The translations under genes were made by a program, and so were the position numbers. A stretch of 64,000 nucleotides of DNA, taken from Pachysolen tannophilus NRRL Y-2460. Its lineage: Eukaryota. This document shows positions 12,250 to 23,009 of this stretch, one piece after another; position 1 is the first letter of the stretch, and every line of letters starts with the position of its first letter. Below the pieces are notes generated by a model. It made no database searches. It was not told the origin of the DNA and was given only the letters and a program-made list of their open reading frames with translations. Location of the stretch: the NCBI GenBank assembly GCA_001661245.1, contig KV454017.1, forward strand, positions 651,903 through 715,902, in the 5' to 3' direction.

Positions 12250-15200
12250 ATGTCACAATTGCTGTCGCTGGAAAGCTTAAGTTATTGGGGTAGTTTATTG
12301 TCAAATCCAACTTTAAGTATTTTACCTCATGATTTTTTACGTCCTTCAAATGGACGTATAGTGGAATCACAATATTCATTTATAAATTTGAAAGAGAAAT
12401 TATCTCAGATTGGGATTAGGAATGGTAATGTTAGTCCATTTGTAGTAGCATTAGCTGTTTTTGCTACTCTTGTTCATAGATTAACCGGTGATGATGATAT
12501 AATTATTTCTACAGATGATGATCTGGGTAAACAATTCATAATTAGAACTAATGTTGATCCATTGAAAACTTTTGCAAAATTTCTTACTGAACTTTCTGAA
12601 TTGTATCAACTGGCTTCATCAAAATCAATTCCAATTAATGATATAGTTACTTTTATTCAAAATGAAAAAAATTTAGAAGAACCACCACAATTATTTAGAT
12701 TATCATTTCATCATGATAGACAAGTGAAACATTTATCTACAGATGTAAAAGGTTCTGTTAAAGATTTAGCAGTATTTTTTGGTAAGGAAACAATTGATTG
12801 TTTTTATAATTCTTTATTATATAAAAGTCAAAGGTTGATTTTTTTTGGGGAACAATTTAATCAATTTATTGAAGCTATTATACAAGATGATAATATTGCA
12901 ATTTCAAAAATAAATTTAGTTACTAAATCTCAAAGAAAGATTTTACCTGATCCAACTATGGATCTTGATTGGTCTGGTTATAAAGGAGCAATTCATAATA
13001 TTTTTGAAAATAATGCAACAAAATTTCCTGAACGTATTTGCGTAGTGGAAACTAAATCTTTCTTGGATTCTAATTCAAAAGATCGTATTTTCACTTATAA
13101 GCAGATTAATGAAGCATCAAATATTGTAGGTAATTACTTAGTTAAAACTGGTATCAAAAGGGGAGACATTGTTATGATATATGCATACCGTGGAGTGGAT
13201 TTAGTTGTTGCAATTATGGGTGTTTTAAAAGCAGGTGCCACTTTTAGTGTTATAGATCCTGCTTACCCACCAGCAAGACAAAATGTTTACCTTTCTGTAG
13301 CAAAACCAAAGGGATTAATAGTCATTAAGAAAGCAGGTATATTAAGTGACTTGGTATTGGATTATATCAAGGATGAATTAGATGTTATAACAAGAATTCC
13401 ATCTTTGGAAATATTAGATGATGGTTCATTAAAAGGAGGTGCTTCTTTATCAGCACCTGTAAATGATATTTTTACAGAATATGAGCAATTCAAATCACAT
13501 TCAACTGGTGTCTTGGTTGGACCAGATTCAAACCCAACTTTATCTTTTACTTCTGGTTCAGAAGGTATTCCTAAAGGTGTCTTGGGTAGACATTTTTCAT
13601 TGGCTTATTATTTCCCATGGATGTCAAAGACATTTGGTCTTTCGGAAAATGACAAATTTACCATGTTATCTGGAATAGCTCATGACCCAATTCAAAGAGA
13701 TATTTTTACTCCTCTTTTCTTAGGAGGTCAATTATTGGTACCAACTTCTGATGACATTGGTACTCCAGGACGCCTTGCCGTTTGGATGGATAAATATGGA
13801 GCTACAGTAACACATTTAACTCCAGCTATGGGACAGTTGTTATCATCCCAAGCTACCCATGAAATTCCAAGTTTGCACCACGCATTTTTTGTTGGTGATA
13901 TCTTAACAAAAAGAGACTGCTTACGTTTACAAAGTTTGGCTAAAAATGTATTTATTGTTAATATGTATGGTACTACTGAAACTCAGAGAGCTGTTTCTTA
14001 TTTTGAAATTGCCTCTAGGAACAAAGATTCAACTTTCTTAGAATCGTTAAAAGATGTAATGCCAGCTGGTAAAGGTATGTTAAATGTTGAACTTTTGGTA
14101 GTTAACAGACACGATAGAACACAAACATGTGGTGTAGGTGAAGTTGGTGAAATTTATGTGAGAGCAGCAGGTTTAGCAGAAGGTTACCGTGGATTGCCTG
14201 ATTTAAATAAGGAGAAATTTGTAAACAATTGGTATGTGGATCCAACAGTCTGGATTGAAAAAGATAAAGCATTGAACAAGAATGAACCATGGAGAGAATT
14301 TTACAAAGGCCCAAGAGATAGATTATATAGAACTGGTGACTTGGGAAGATATCTCCCAGATGGTAATTGTGAATGTTGTGGAAGAGCTGACGACCAGGTT
14401 AAAATTAGAGGTTTCAGAATTGAATTAGGTGAAATTGATACATACTTGTCTCAAATCCCATTTATTAGAGAAAATGTCACTTTGGTAAGAAGAGATAAAT
14501 CAGAGGAGCCAATTTTGATTTCTTATTTTGTACCAAAGACCTCTATCGCTCCTGAAGATATAGTTTCAGAAATTGATGATCCAATTGTTAAAAATATTGT
14601 TACTTATCAATCGTTGATTAAAAATATCAGAGATTATTTGAAGAAGAAATTAGCATCGTATGCAATTCCAACTTTAATCATTCCATTAGCTAAGTTACCA
14701 CTTAATCCGAATGGAAAGGTAGATAAACCAAAGCTTCCATTCCCCGATTCTGCTCAATTGGCCTTTGTTGCCAAATATTCGCAGCAAAACTCAGAGGTTA
14801 AATTTTCAGATACTGAAGCTAAGATTAAAGATTTATGGTTATCTATATTACCAAATCCACCTGCATCTGTCCTGCCAGAGGATTCATTCTTTGATATTGG
14901 TGGACACTCTATTTTGGCTACTAGGATGATTTTTGAATTGAGAAAAAAGTATACCGTAGACTTGCCGTTGAACACTATTTTCAAATATCCAACCATTTCA
15001 GCATTTGCCGCTGAATTTGAAAGAATCAGAAATAGTGATGAAATTCAAATTGCAGACTTGCATGGTAATGATGAAGAAGAACAGGAAAAAGCAGTTGACT
15101 ATTTTGCAGACGCTAAAGCATTGGCGGAATCAATGTTGCTTAAATCTTACCTGTCTCGTAACCAGATCAAACAAACAGAAGATCAAGTCAATGTATTCGT

Positions 15201-16452
15201 TACAGGTGCGACGGGATTTTTGGGTTCATATATTATCCGTGATCTCCTAAATAGAAAGAACTCAAATATCAAGATTTTTGCTCATGTAAGGGCTAGTACA
15301 AAAGAAGCTGGTCTTGATAGATTAATCAAAGCAGGAAAAGTATATGGTGTTTGGAAAGATGACTTTGTATCCAAAATCGAAGTTGTATTAGGTGATTTGA
15401 GTATTAAAAACTTTGGATTGTCTACTGATGAATGGACTAAATTGACCTCAACAATCGATGTGATTATTCACAACGGTGCAATGGTTCATTGGGTTTACCC
15501 TTACTCAAAATTACGTGATGCCAATGTTATAAGCTCAATTAATGTCTTGAACTTGTGTGGTGAGGGCAAATCAAAAATATTTACATTTGTTTCATCGACT
15601 TCAACAATCGATACTCCGCACTATTTCAACTTATCCGATAAACTCATTGCAGAAGGCAAGAATGGTATTCCAGAGTCTGATGATTTGATGGGTTCTGCAA
15701 CCGATCTTGGAACCGGTTATGGACAATCAAAATGGGCTGCTGAATATATCATTCGTCGTGCCGGTGAAAGAGGATTAAGCGGCTGTATTGTCAGGCCTGG
15801 ATACGTCACTGGTGATTCACAAACAGGCTCCAGTAACACAGATGACTTCTTATTGCGTATGTTGAAGGGATGCGCTCAGTTAGGAAAATACCCTGATATC
15901 TCTAACAACGTGAATGCTGTTCCAGTAGATCATGTTGCGCGTGTTGTTGTTTCTTGTGGATTACACCCACCAGGATCTTTGGTTTCAGATGGGTTAACTG
16001 TTGCTCATGTTACTGGTCATCCTCGTATCAAGTTTAACTCCTATTTGAAATCATTAGCGACTTACGGTTATGATGTAGAGCTTGAGGACTATGTGTCATG
16101 GAAAATTGAGTTAGAAAAATATGTTGTCGGTGATGCCAACGATAGCTCTTTGTATCCATTATTGCATTTTGTATTAGATAATTTGCCAGAGAATACAAAG
16201 GCGCCAGAATTGGATGACAAACACGCTAAGATCTCTTTAGAAGAAGACTACAAGTGGACGGGTGAAAATGTTGTTGAAGGCAGAGGAATTGATATTGATC
16301 AGATGGGAATTTATATTAGTTACTTAGTAGCCATCGGGTTCTTACCGAAACCATCAGGAGCAGGTAAATTGAAATTACCGGAAATCAAAATCAGTAAAGA
16401 AGTCATTGATTTGGTTGATTCTGGAGTTGGTGCGCGTACTAGTGCTAACTAA
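12250..16452 (+). CDS. LYS2: L-2-aminoadipate reductase (adenylation-carrier-reductase, NRPS-like)
   Basis: [23 protein letters not shown], carrier motif [10 protein letters not shown], reductase [11 protein letters not shown] and GYGQSKW. Confidence 0.98.
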   Translation: MSQLLSLESLSYWGSLLSNPTLSILPHDFLRPSNGRIVESQYSFINLKEKLSQIGIRNGNVSPFVVALAVFATLVHRLTGDDDIIISTDDDLGKQFIIRTNVDPLKTFAKFLTELSELYQLASSKSIPINDIVTFIQNEKNLEEPPQLFRLSFHHDRQVKHLSTDVKGSVKDLAVFFGKETIDCFYNSLLYKSQRLIFFGEQFNQFIEAIIQDDNIAISKINLVTKSQRKILPDPTMDLDWSGYKGAIHNIFENNATKFPERICVVETKSFLDSNSKDRIFTYKQINEASNIVGNYLVKTGIKRGDIVMIYAYRGVDLVVAIMGVLKAGATFSVIDPAYPPARQNVYLSVAKPKGLIVIKKAGILSDLVLDYIKDELDVITRIPSLEILDDGSLKGGASLSAPVNDIFTEYEQFKSHSTGVLVGPDSNPTLSFTSGSEGIPKGVLGRHFSLAYYFPWMSKTFGLSENDKFTMLSGIAHDPIQRDIFTPLFLGGQLLVPTSDDIGTPGRLAVWMDKYGATVTHLTPAMGQLLSSQATHEIPSLHHAFFVGDILTKRDCLRLQSLAKNVFIVNMYGTTETQRAVSYFEIASRNKDSTFLESLKDVMPAGKGMLNVELLVVNRHDRTQTCGVGEVGEIYVRAAGLAEGYRGLPDLNKEKFVNNWYVDPTVWIEKDKALNKNEPWREFYKGPRDRLYRTGDLGRYLPDGNCECCGRADDQVKIRGFRIELGEIDTYLSQIPFIRENVTLVRRDKSEEPILISYFVPKTSIAPEDIVSEIDDPIVKNIVTYQSLIKNIRDYLKKKLASYAIPTLIIPLAKLPLNPNGKVDKPKLPFPDSAQLAFVAKYSQQNSEVKFSDTEAKIKDLWLSILPNPPASVLPEDSFFDIGGHSILATRMIFELRKKYTVDLPLNTIFKYPTISAFAAEFERIRNSDEIQIADLHGNDEEEQEKAVDYFADAKALAESMLLKSYLSRNQIKQTEDQVNVFVTGATGFLGSYIIRDLLNRKNSNIKIFAHVRASTKEAGLDRLIKAGKVYGVWKDDFVSKIEVVLGDLSIKNFGLSTDEWTKLTSTIDVIIHNGAMVHWVYPYSKLRDANVISSINVLNLCGEGKSKIFTFVSSTSTIDTPHYFNLSDKLIAEGKNGIPESDDLMGSATDLGTGYGQSKWAAEYIIRRAGERGLSGCIVRPGYVTGDSQTGSSNTDDFLLRMLKGCAQLGKYPDISNNVNAVPVDHVARVVVSCGLHPPGSLVSDGLTVAHVTGHPRIKFNSYLKSLATYGYDVELEDYVSWKIELEKYVVGDANDSSLYPLLHFVLDNLPENTKAPELDDKHAKISLEEDYKWTGENVVEGRGIDIDQMGIYISYLVAIGFLPKPSGAGKLKLPEIKISKEVIDLVDSGVGARTSAN

Positions 16453-16868
16453 CTTTAGTTGATGGTCCATGATAATATAAGAATTTCACTAATGTTTCTC
16501 AAATGAATTTTTACATGTTATAGATTAAATGCTCTTTTATTTTTAAATTATTTTCATAGTATCTAACTAATCTATGATCACTTTCAATTTGTATTAATTA
16601 ATTACTTTCTAAACTTGTCAAGTGTTCTTTCTGTAACTTTTTTATAAAATACCTGACTAAAATACCACTATACAAAGTAACAATACAGGTACAATTAAAA
16701 GATACCAACTAACCTTTAAAAAACTAGTTATTTTCTTTCCTTATTTCTATGCCGTAATACATAAAACAAACAGAAAAATCGATAACCAAAAAATCCCAAT
16801 TTATAAAAAAAATCCATTTTAATACTCAAACAATTAATAGAAAATAAAAAAAAAAAAAAATTTATAAA

Positions 16869-19800
16869 TCACCACCCTTTTGCATGATAATCCAAGTGGT
16901 TATCATCACTATCGAGCCATAAATTTTCTTGGCTGCTTTTTATTTCATTTTCGTCTTCTAATGAGGCAACGGTGGTTCCAGTATTATTATTGCCATTCAT
17001 CAACAGCTTTGATTCCGATATGTTGCGCGATGTGTCTTCTTCATTGGCTCTGTGCGAATTGTCAAATCCATTCTCTAATAGCTTACCTTCAGATCTCTCC
17101 GAAGACTCCAACGATGGAACTTGATTTTTATCAGAAAGACTACGACCGTGATCCGCACGATGATGGTGGTGGTGATGATGATGATGTGTATTTGGCTCCA
17201 ACTCAGGATCATAACCCTCATCAATTTGCACCTTAAACACTTTGCGATCCCATAGAATGCTCTTTCTTAACGACTCTGATAGCTCCGTAGCAATCATATT
17301 CCTTCTGGTAGATCGAGGGGAAAGCTTGACGCCAGGTATAACAACTTTTTGCTGAAGTTGATTATGCTGTAGCTGATTCGAACGCAGCGGTAACAGCTGA
17401 TAATTAATTTGCTTTGGCTGGCTGTGAGGAATTAAAGAAGATTCATGAAGTTCATCTTCAGAGACAAGATCTTCACCATTAGAAATACTACCATTATTTT
17501 CATTTGTGTTTTTTTCTTCATTTTCAAGTCCACTAGATGAATCATGTTTGTGATTTTGGTATGAATGTAAACTAGATAGGGAAACAGATGACGGGCACTT
17601 TGATGACTTAATATCTGTACCATGTGTTTGTTTTCTATCATGTGAGCTACCATTCTTTGAAGAAGCATCTTCGACATTATTCGCATCTATAATGCCGTCA
17701 TCACTTTTAATAGTTCCACCATAATTTCCACCATTATTTTCATCAGAAACAGGCGAAGGAGATCTTTCAACAACCGAAGAAAGCTTTGATCTAGCTAACT
17801 GGTGAGCATTTGGTATGAACATATGAGTTGCCAAAGCTGTTGGCAATAATGTTGATGCAGTAGGTGGTGCATTCGATTGATGTGAATGAGATGGCCTTCT
17901 GTTTTTAGCAAAATAGGAGGTCAAATTCAATGCAGATTTGGACATTAAACGCGTTAAAGAAGACTGCCTCTTATCGTAACTCAATGTACCAGCCGATGAA
18001 ACCGCTGATGACTCTTTTAGTAAAATAGGCTTACTTAATGGTGAAACTGATGACGCTAATGCATTTACATTAGTTTGAGAAGTAACAACAGAAGATTTCT
18101 TCCTGTTGCTGTTGTTATCTTTAGTAGATGAAATCTCCAAGCAGGATTTGCTTTCAATTATATGTTGTGGTGGCGGTCTCTTCTGGTCACCTTCATAGTT
18201 AGTAGAAAAACTCCGTCTCGTTAAGCTAGGTTTAGCTACTGGAATAACCGTTGATGATTGTGCTCTCATCTGCATCTGCTTTTGCAGTGGATGCAGTTGA
18301 TTCTGTGTATCTGAAGCAGTAACTTGCAGAGAAGATGGCTCACTACCATCATGTGGATGATCATTCATTTGATTTAAAAATAATCCAGATAGCAAAGACC
18401 TTCTAATGGGCGGTCTCTTTGCAGCCTCATCCTGCTTTGCAAATTTCAATTGTTCCTCATTCCATTTCTGTTTATGATACTCCGAGTCATTATAATCATC
18501 TGAGTTATCTTCGGATCCGCTAATGGAAGACCATTCCGAATCATCTGAAAGAGATTCCTCAGACGAAAACATTAGCTGGTTAGTAGGTTGTTGATAAAAT
18601 AATGATACATTGCTCTGCTGTTGTGATACAGGTGATCCGTTCAGATGCTGTTTTTGTGTGTCATCAATCTTGGAGTCAATTTCATCTTTCTTGCCCTCTA
18701 ATCCGGTATTAGTACGGTCCTGGTTGTGACTATGACTATTACTATGAGTATGACTTTTGTCATTACCAGGATGAGCAATGGAACCATCCAGTACATTGCC
18801 CGTTGCAATATGATCATGATTTCCATTTTCTTGATGATGACGATGCTTTTCAAGAGTATCCTTGTTTAAAGTCATGTGATCAATACTTCCGACTATATCA
18901 CTTTCTGCTGGAGATGGTGAACTTTCAATGAAAAACATGTTATTTTGATTATTAGGATTAACATTGTTTATATTATGCATAGTAGTCATACCCAAATTGG
19001 TCAATAAGCTTAATTTCTTTGAAAGTTTATGATTAGGGGTACCATCTGAATATACTTTTGATGGTTCTTTGGAGTTATTGTTGGTTCCGGTCTTTTTCTT
19101 GATATCTTTATTATTGAAATCAAATAAAGAAGATGTTGGTGGTAGAAGTGGTGACTTACCTTTCCCATTTTCATTGTTATTTACGAATTCAGGTGTGTTT
19201 TTCTTCGTTGACTGAATGCTATGATTTATAGATATATCAGAAGGAGAAAATCCCCTTACTATGGAGGTTGAAGTACTTGTTCTTAACATTGGGGGTCTTT
19301 CTCTATTCAATTCTTCATTTATTTGCTCTGTTTGTTTCAGAACTTTTGCTTGTTCTTCATCTTTCAAAGTAGCCGAATCTTTTCTTGTAAAAATACCAAA
19401 TGCATATTTTGGTTCAGGCTGGTTATAGATTATATCTTCTTGTTCTTGCAGTTGCTCTTGTTCATGCTCTTGTTTATGCCGATGCTCGTGCTCATGAAGA
19501 TGATTTTCGGTTTCCGATTCCGATCCTGATATTTCTTCTGTGATTTCTTTTCCTACGTTTTGTATACTTATCTCTGACTTTTGCCTCGAATGGCTCGGCC
19601 TCAACGGCGGCCTTTGTTGTTGCTGTTGCTGCTGTTGACCCGCAGTCTTTACTTTGAATGAATATGAAGATTTAGAATTATTATGAACGTTATTGTTACT
19701 TGTGTTCGTCAGTGACGAGTACGATGAAGACAGAGGCGGTGTTGGTGTTGGTGTTGGTGTAGACGATGTTGGCGTCAGTTTGAACAATGCAGCCCTCCTC

Positions 19801-20360
19801 AACGAGGATGATGATGATGATGTGTAGTCATGTCTCAATTTCGGTCTTGTAGTTGATCCTGCCCCTGTTTTCCTAGTAGGCGTCAACTCTTGTAAGAAAG
19901 GTTGCCTTGACCCATCTCTATGATTTGAAATCAGTATCAAACTCTTGAAATCATTTTCACCCAACTGAAGTGTATCAAGTGGAATTGAATTTTTACCATT
20001 GGGTTTATTATTATTGGGCACCGCAGCTTCTTTCGAGTTATCATTCGCGGCCACCACCCCTGGATTCGTTCCCGCAGAGGAGGCGGCGGCCTCCTCCGCC
20101 GCCGCCACTGCCGCTTTCTCCCTTTGTTCGCGCAAAAGTATCAAGTTCCTATTAACCACCCTCCAGCTAATATTCTCCAACCTCTTACCATTTTTAATAA
20201 AACTCGACGATTTAGTAAGCGTCAACCACACAGTTAAAACATTTTCAAAATCAATAGAAGACTGGTCCAAATAATATAACGTATCTGCACTTAACTCCAA
20301 AAAAGGTATCGGCCTTGATTTAGCGCCCACGCTATTATTATTACTATTATTATTTGACAT
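16869..20360 (-). CDS. MKS1: Mks1/Lys80-like regulator (N-terminal RLENISWR motif) with DUF3295-type C-terminus
   Basis: LTLTKSSSFIKNGKRLENISWRVVN, SIVRGFSP, RRSLLSGLF, NAPPTASTLLPTALATHMFIPN resemble Mks1 blocks; tail SPRSTRRNMIATELSESLRKSILW...DYHAKGW. Confidence 0.75.
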   Translation of the reverse strand: MSNNNSNNNSVGAKSRPIPFLELSADTLYYLDQSSIDFENVLTVWLTLTKSSSFIKNGKRLENISWRVVNRNLILLREQREKAAVAAAEEAAASSAGTNPGVVAANDNSKEAAVPNNNKPNGKNSIPLDTLQLGENDFKSLILISNHRDGSRQPFLQELTPTRKTGAGSTTRPKLRHDYTSSSSSSLRRAALFKLTPTSSTPTPTPTPPLSSSYSSLTNTSNNNVHNNSKSSYSFKVKTAGQQQQQQQQRPPLRPSHSRQKSEISIQNVGKEITEEISGSESETENHLHEHEHRHKQEHEQEQLQEQEDIIYNQPEPKYAFGIFTRKDSATLKDEEQAKVLKQTEQINEELNRERPPMLRTSTSTSIVRGFSPSDISINHSIQSTKKNTPEFVNNNENGKGKSPLLPPTSSLFDFNNKDIKKKTGTNNNSKEPSKVYSDGTPNHKLSKKLSLLTNLGMTTMHNINNVNPNNQNNMFFIESSPSPAESDIVGSIDHMTLNKDTLEKHRHHQENGNHDHIATGNVLDGSIAHPGNDKSHTHSNSHSHNQDRTNTGLEGKKDEIDSKIDDTQKQHLNGSPVSQQQSNVSLFYQQPTNQLMFSSEESLSDDSEWSSISGSEDNSDDYNDSEYHKQKWNEEQLKFAKQDEAAKRPPIRRSLLSGLFLNQMNDHPHDGSEPSSLQVTASDTQNQLHPLQKQMQMRAQSSTVIPVAKPSLTRRSFSTNYEGDQKRPPPQHIIESKSCLEISSTKDNNSNRKKSSVVTSQTNVNALASSVSPLSKPILLKESSAVSSAGTLSYDKRQSSLTRLMSKSALNLTSYFAKNRRPSHSHQSNAPPTASTLLPTALATHMFIPNAHQLARSKLSSVVERSPSPVSDENNGGNYGGTIKSDDGIIDANNVEDASSKNGSSHDRKQTHGTDIKSSKCPSSVSLSSLHSYQNHKHDSSSGLENEEKNTNENNGSISNGEDLVSEDELHESSLIPHSQPKQINYQLLPLRSNQLQHNQLQQKVVIPGVKLSPRSTRRNMIATELSESLRKSILWDRKVFKVQIDEGYDPELEPNTHHHHHHHHHRADHGRSLSDKNQVPSLESSERSEGKLLENGFDNSHRANEEDTSRNISESKLLMNGNNNTGTTVASLEDENEIKSSQENLWLDSDDNHLDYHAKGW

Positions 20361-20845
20361 TATGTTATATGCTCAAATTCCTCAACTTTTCTTTTATACA
20401 GTGCCGAACAAACACATTTACTCTACTATTAATATTATAATATGATTTATTCTTATTCCACTTCTCTAATTGTCTTCATGCAAATATATATATATATGTA
20501 GACATATATATATATAACCTTCCTCTAATCATGCACTTTGCGTAATAATAATAGAGACCGATAGAGATTGTCATTCTATATTAAGGTTGTACAAGAAAAT
20601 AAAAAAAAAATACAGGAAAAGTGTGATCAAAATAACGGAAAGCGGAAATTTGATATTTAAATACACGACACAGTATACACGGGCTCATCGTTCCATAGAG
20701 GCGGCGGCGGCTGCAGCTGCAGCTACGGCGGCGGGAGGGGGGGAGGAAGAGACGAGCAAAGGTTGGACAACCACCCAGGTGAAAAAAACAGCCAAGGTTT
20801 GGTTGGGCAGGGCGGTGCAGGGCGCGACGAACGAACGACCAAGGT

Positions 20846-22732
20846 TTACTGTAAGATTTTGTCCTTATCGATGTAGTGGTCACCGTTCTTGTCCTTGACA
20901 ATGAAGCCGTTCAGAAGCAAGTGTGTGAACATGTCTTGTGGAACCCATCCTTTTGTAGCGGTGAATGGGCTAGCAACGATTTCTTCCTGGTACTTATTCA
21001 TCTCTGAGACGTGTTCATTGTAGTCTTGTTCTGAAAAATGGTATGGTAATTCACCTCCAACAAGGCCATTTTCGAGATAACTTTGCCAGAATTTTTCAAG
21101 GTTGATGAGGGCGCTTTCCACGTAGAGGTAATCTTTATCAGTTTTGTTTTCCAAAGCAGCAATATATGGGGATTTTAAAGCTTTTACTGCAGGAGAGATG
21201 GCTCCCAATAATTCTTTACGTCTTTCATTTAAAGCGTACTCCCATAAAAACTGGTTTCTTGTTCTGTTATACATGAACTCGTATTCCTGTTTCTCAACAT
21301 CTGATAACTGGTCGAAATTTTCAACATCTTCTGTCAAATTATAAATCTTTGGGCCCTCATAAGCAATGAATCTCGGATAACTTTGTAAGATGAATGGCTT
21401 TATAGCAGAACTTTCAAAATCAACAAAATACGGATCGCTATCTTTTTGTAAGATTACGTTCATTGGATCTAGATCTGGGTTGAAAAGTCTTGGTTTGAAT
21501 AATTCTTTAGCGTTAGGTAAAGTTTTTGTTTCAGGGTTGAACAATAATGGAGCAACTTTTAACAATTTCTCATAAACCTCAATTGCCTTTTTCAAAAGAA
21601 GTTTGTCTTCTACTTTTGGCGAAGAGTCTGCGTCAGCTAAAGAAAGCCTAGTTTTCAAATTTTCCAACTCAATGTCGGCAACCGATTTAATAATATCTAG
21701 AGGCTTGTTATATGGACCAAGTTTGCCCTTGTATTGATTCAGAGTTAACAGTTTTTTATTTTTGAAATAAACTCTTTCCACTAAAGGCCCAATACACCAT
21801 CTATTTTTTAAATGTTCTTTTGTTTCTCCAGAATATGGTTCTTGAATTTGCTCAGTGGCATCCACATCATCACGGAAATATAACGATCCAATTCCGTTGA
21901 ATTCTACCGATAACATTTTGTCCTGGAAATTTGCAATAGGGTCAATGACTTTCTTCAAAATTTGCTTAGCTTCTGGATTGGTAATCTCAGATTCTAATGG
22001 ATTCCACTGTTTCATCAATAATGGACCTTCCAAATATTCCATCAAGATGAATGGACTCTTAAAAGGATTTTTAGAATCAACACCATAGGCATACACTTTA
22101 GGAACTTTCAAACCTAATTTCAAATCCAAGAAATCCATTGTAGCAACTTCACTTTGAATTTTCTTGGAAATAACAAATTCAGCATCTAAAGGATATGGAA
22201 TTCTCAAGATGAAATTTTTACCTGTACTTGTTTCCAATTTATAAATTCTATGATGTTTACCTTCATGAATACTTAACATCTTCTTAATAAGAATCTTCTC
22301 ATTAGGATTGACTGATCCAATTGTATCCAACTTAACGTTATGTGATAACACAACGATGTCTTGTTTGGAAACTCTCTTTGGATCTTTTACAATTGGTTTA
22401 TCTTCTTTATCCAAATTTTTCATAGTATCCAATGAAGTCTTTACCAACGTATCCAACACTTCAGCACAACCTTCAATAGAAAATCTCGTGGTTCTTCTCT
22501 CCTTCTCCTGTTTATCATTTTTTAACCATGACCCCCATGAGTACTGAAAAAAAGCATTTCTTTGTGGGTCTTTTTCATCAGAAAGTTTAGTGAAGACTTC
22601 CTTTGGTTCCGAAGACTCTGATTTAGAAGTTGTACTATTAAGCCTGAAAGCAATTGAACTGGTTTTCACAAAATTCTTGGAAATACCAGATAATCCACAA
22701 GGAACTTTCAATGATCTTCTTAGATTTATCAT
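20846..22732 (-). CDS. AIM9: Mitochondrial phosphotransferase-like protein Aim9
   Basis: EVFTKLSDEKDPQRNAFFQYSWGSWLKND, SIHEGKHHRIY, SEVATMDF, TKGWVPQDMF; presequence-like N-terminus from ATG 22732. Confidence 0.92.
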   Translation of the reverse strand: MINLRRSLKVPCGLSGISKNFVKTSSIAFRLNSTTSKSESSEPKEVFTKLSDEKDPQRNAFFQYSWGSWLKNDKQEKERRTTRFSIEGCAEVLDTLVKTSLDTMKNLDKEDKPIVKDPKRVSKQDIVVLSHNVKLDTIGSVNPNEKILIKKMLSIHEGKHHRIYKLETSTGKNFILRIPYPLDAEFVISKKIQSEVATMDFLDLKLGLKVPKVYAYGVDSKNPFKSPFILMEYLEGPLLMKQWNPLESEITNPEAKQILKKVIDPIANFQDKMLSVEFNGIGSLYFRDDVDATEQIQEPYSGETKEHLKNRWCIGPLVERVYFKNKKLLTLNQYKGKLGPYNKPLDIIKSVADIELENLKTRLSLADADSSPKVEDKLLLKKAIEVYEKLLKVAPLLFNPETKTLPNAKELFKPRLFNPDLDPMNVILQKDSDPYFVDFESSAIKPFILQSYPRFIAYEGPKIYNLTEDVENFDQLSDVEKQEYEFMYNRTRNQFLWEYALNERRKELLGAISPAVKALKSPYIAALENKTDKDYLYVESALINLEKFWQSYLENGLVGGELPYHFSEQDYNEHVSEMNKYQEEIVASPFTATKGWVPQDMFTHLLLNGFIVKDKNGDHYIDKDKILQ

Positions 22733-23009
22733 ATTCAAATAACTTAACAAAGCTCTTTTCTTTATTCAGTCAAATTTCAATGGAACATAGAAAAATGAAT
22801 TATAAAGAGCTTCCAAGTGCTTTCTAAATTGTCGAAACTTTGCAGAAAAAAAAAAAAAAAATTCAAATTCGAGATGAGGTAATTAACATTAAAACAACTA
22901 CTTATAATGATAAAATAATAAAATTAAAGTAGGAAGAAAGTACTGCTGAGTGAGTGAGAATTAAAAATAAAACTATATTTTTTTTCAAAATAAAGGTAAA
23001 CGTACAAAC

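Noticed and set aside
12250..16452. NRPS-like gene as the core of a secondary-metabolite cluster
   Set aside because: It is the primary-metabolism LYS2 and its neighbours are housekeeping genes
20581..20901. Two overlapping ORFs of about 100 aa on opposite strands
   Set aside because: By-products of the GC-rich island; non-ATG starts and no recognisable motif
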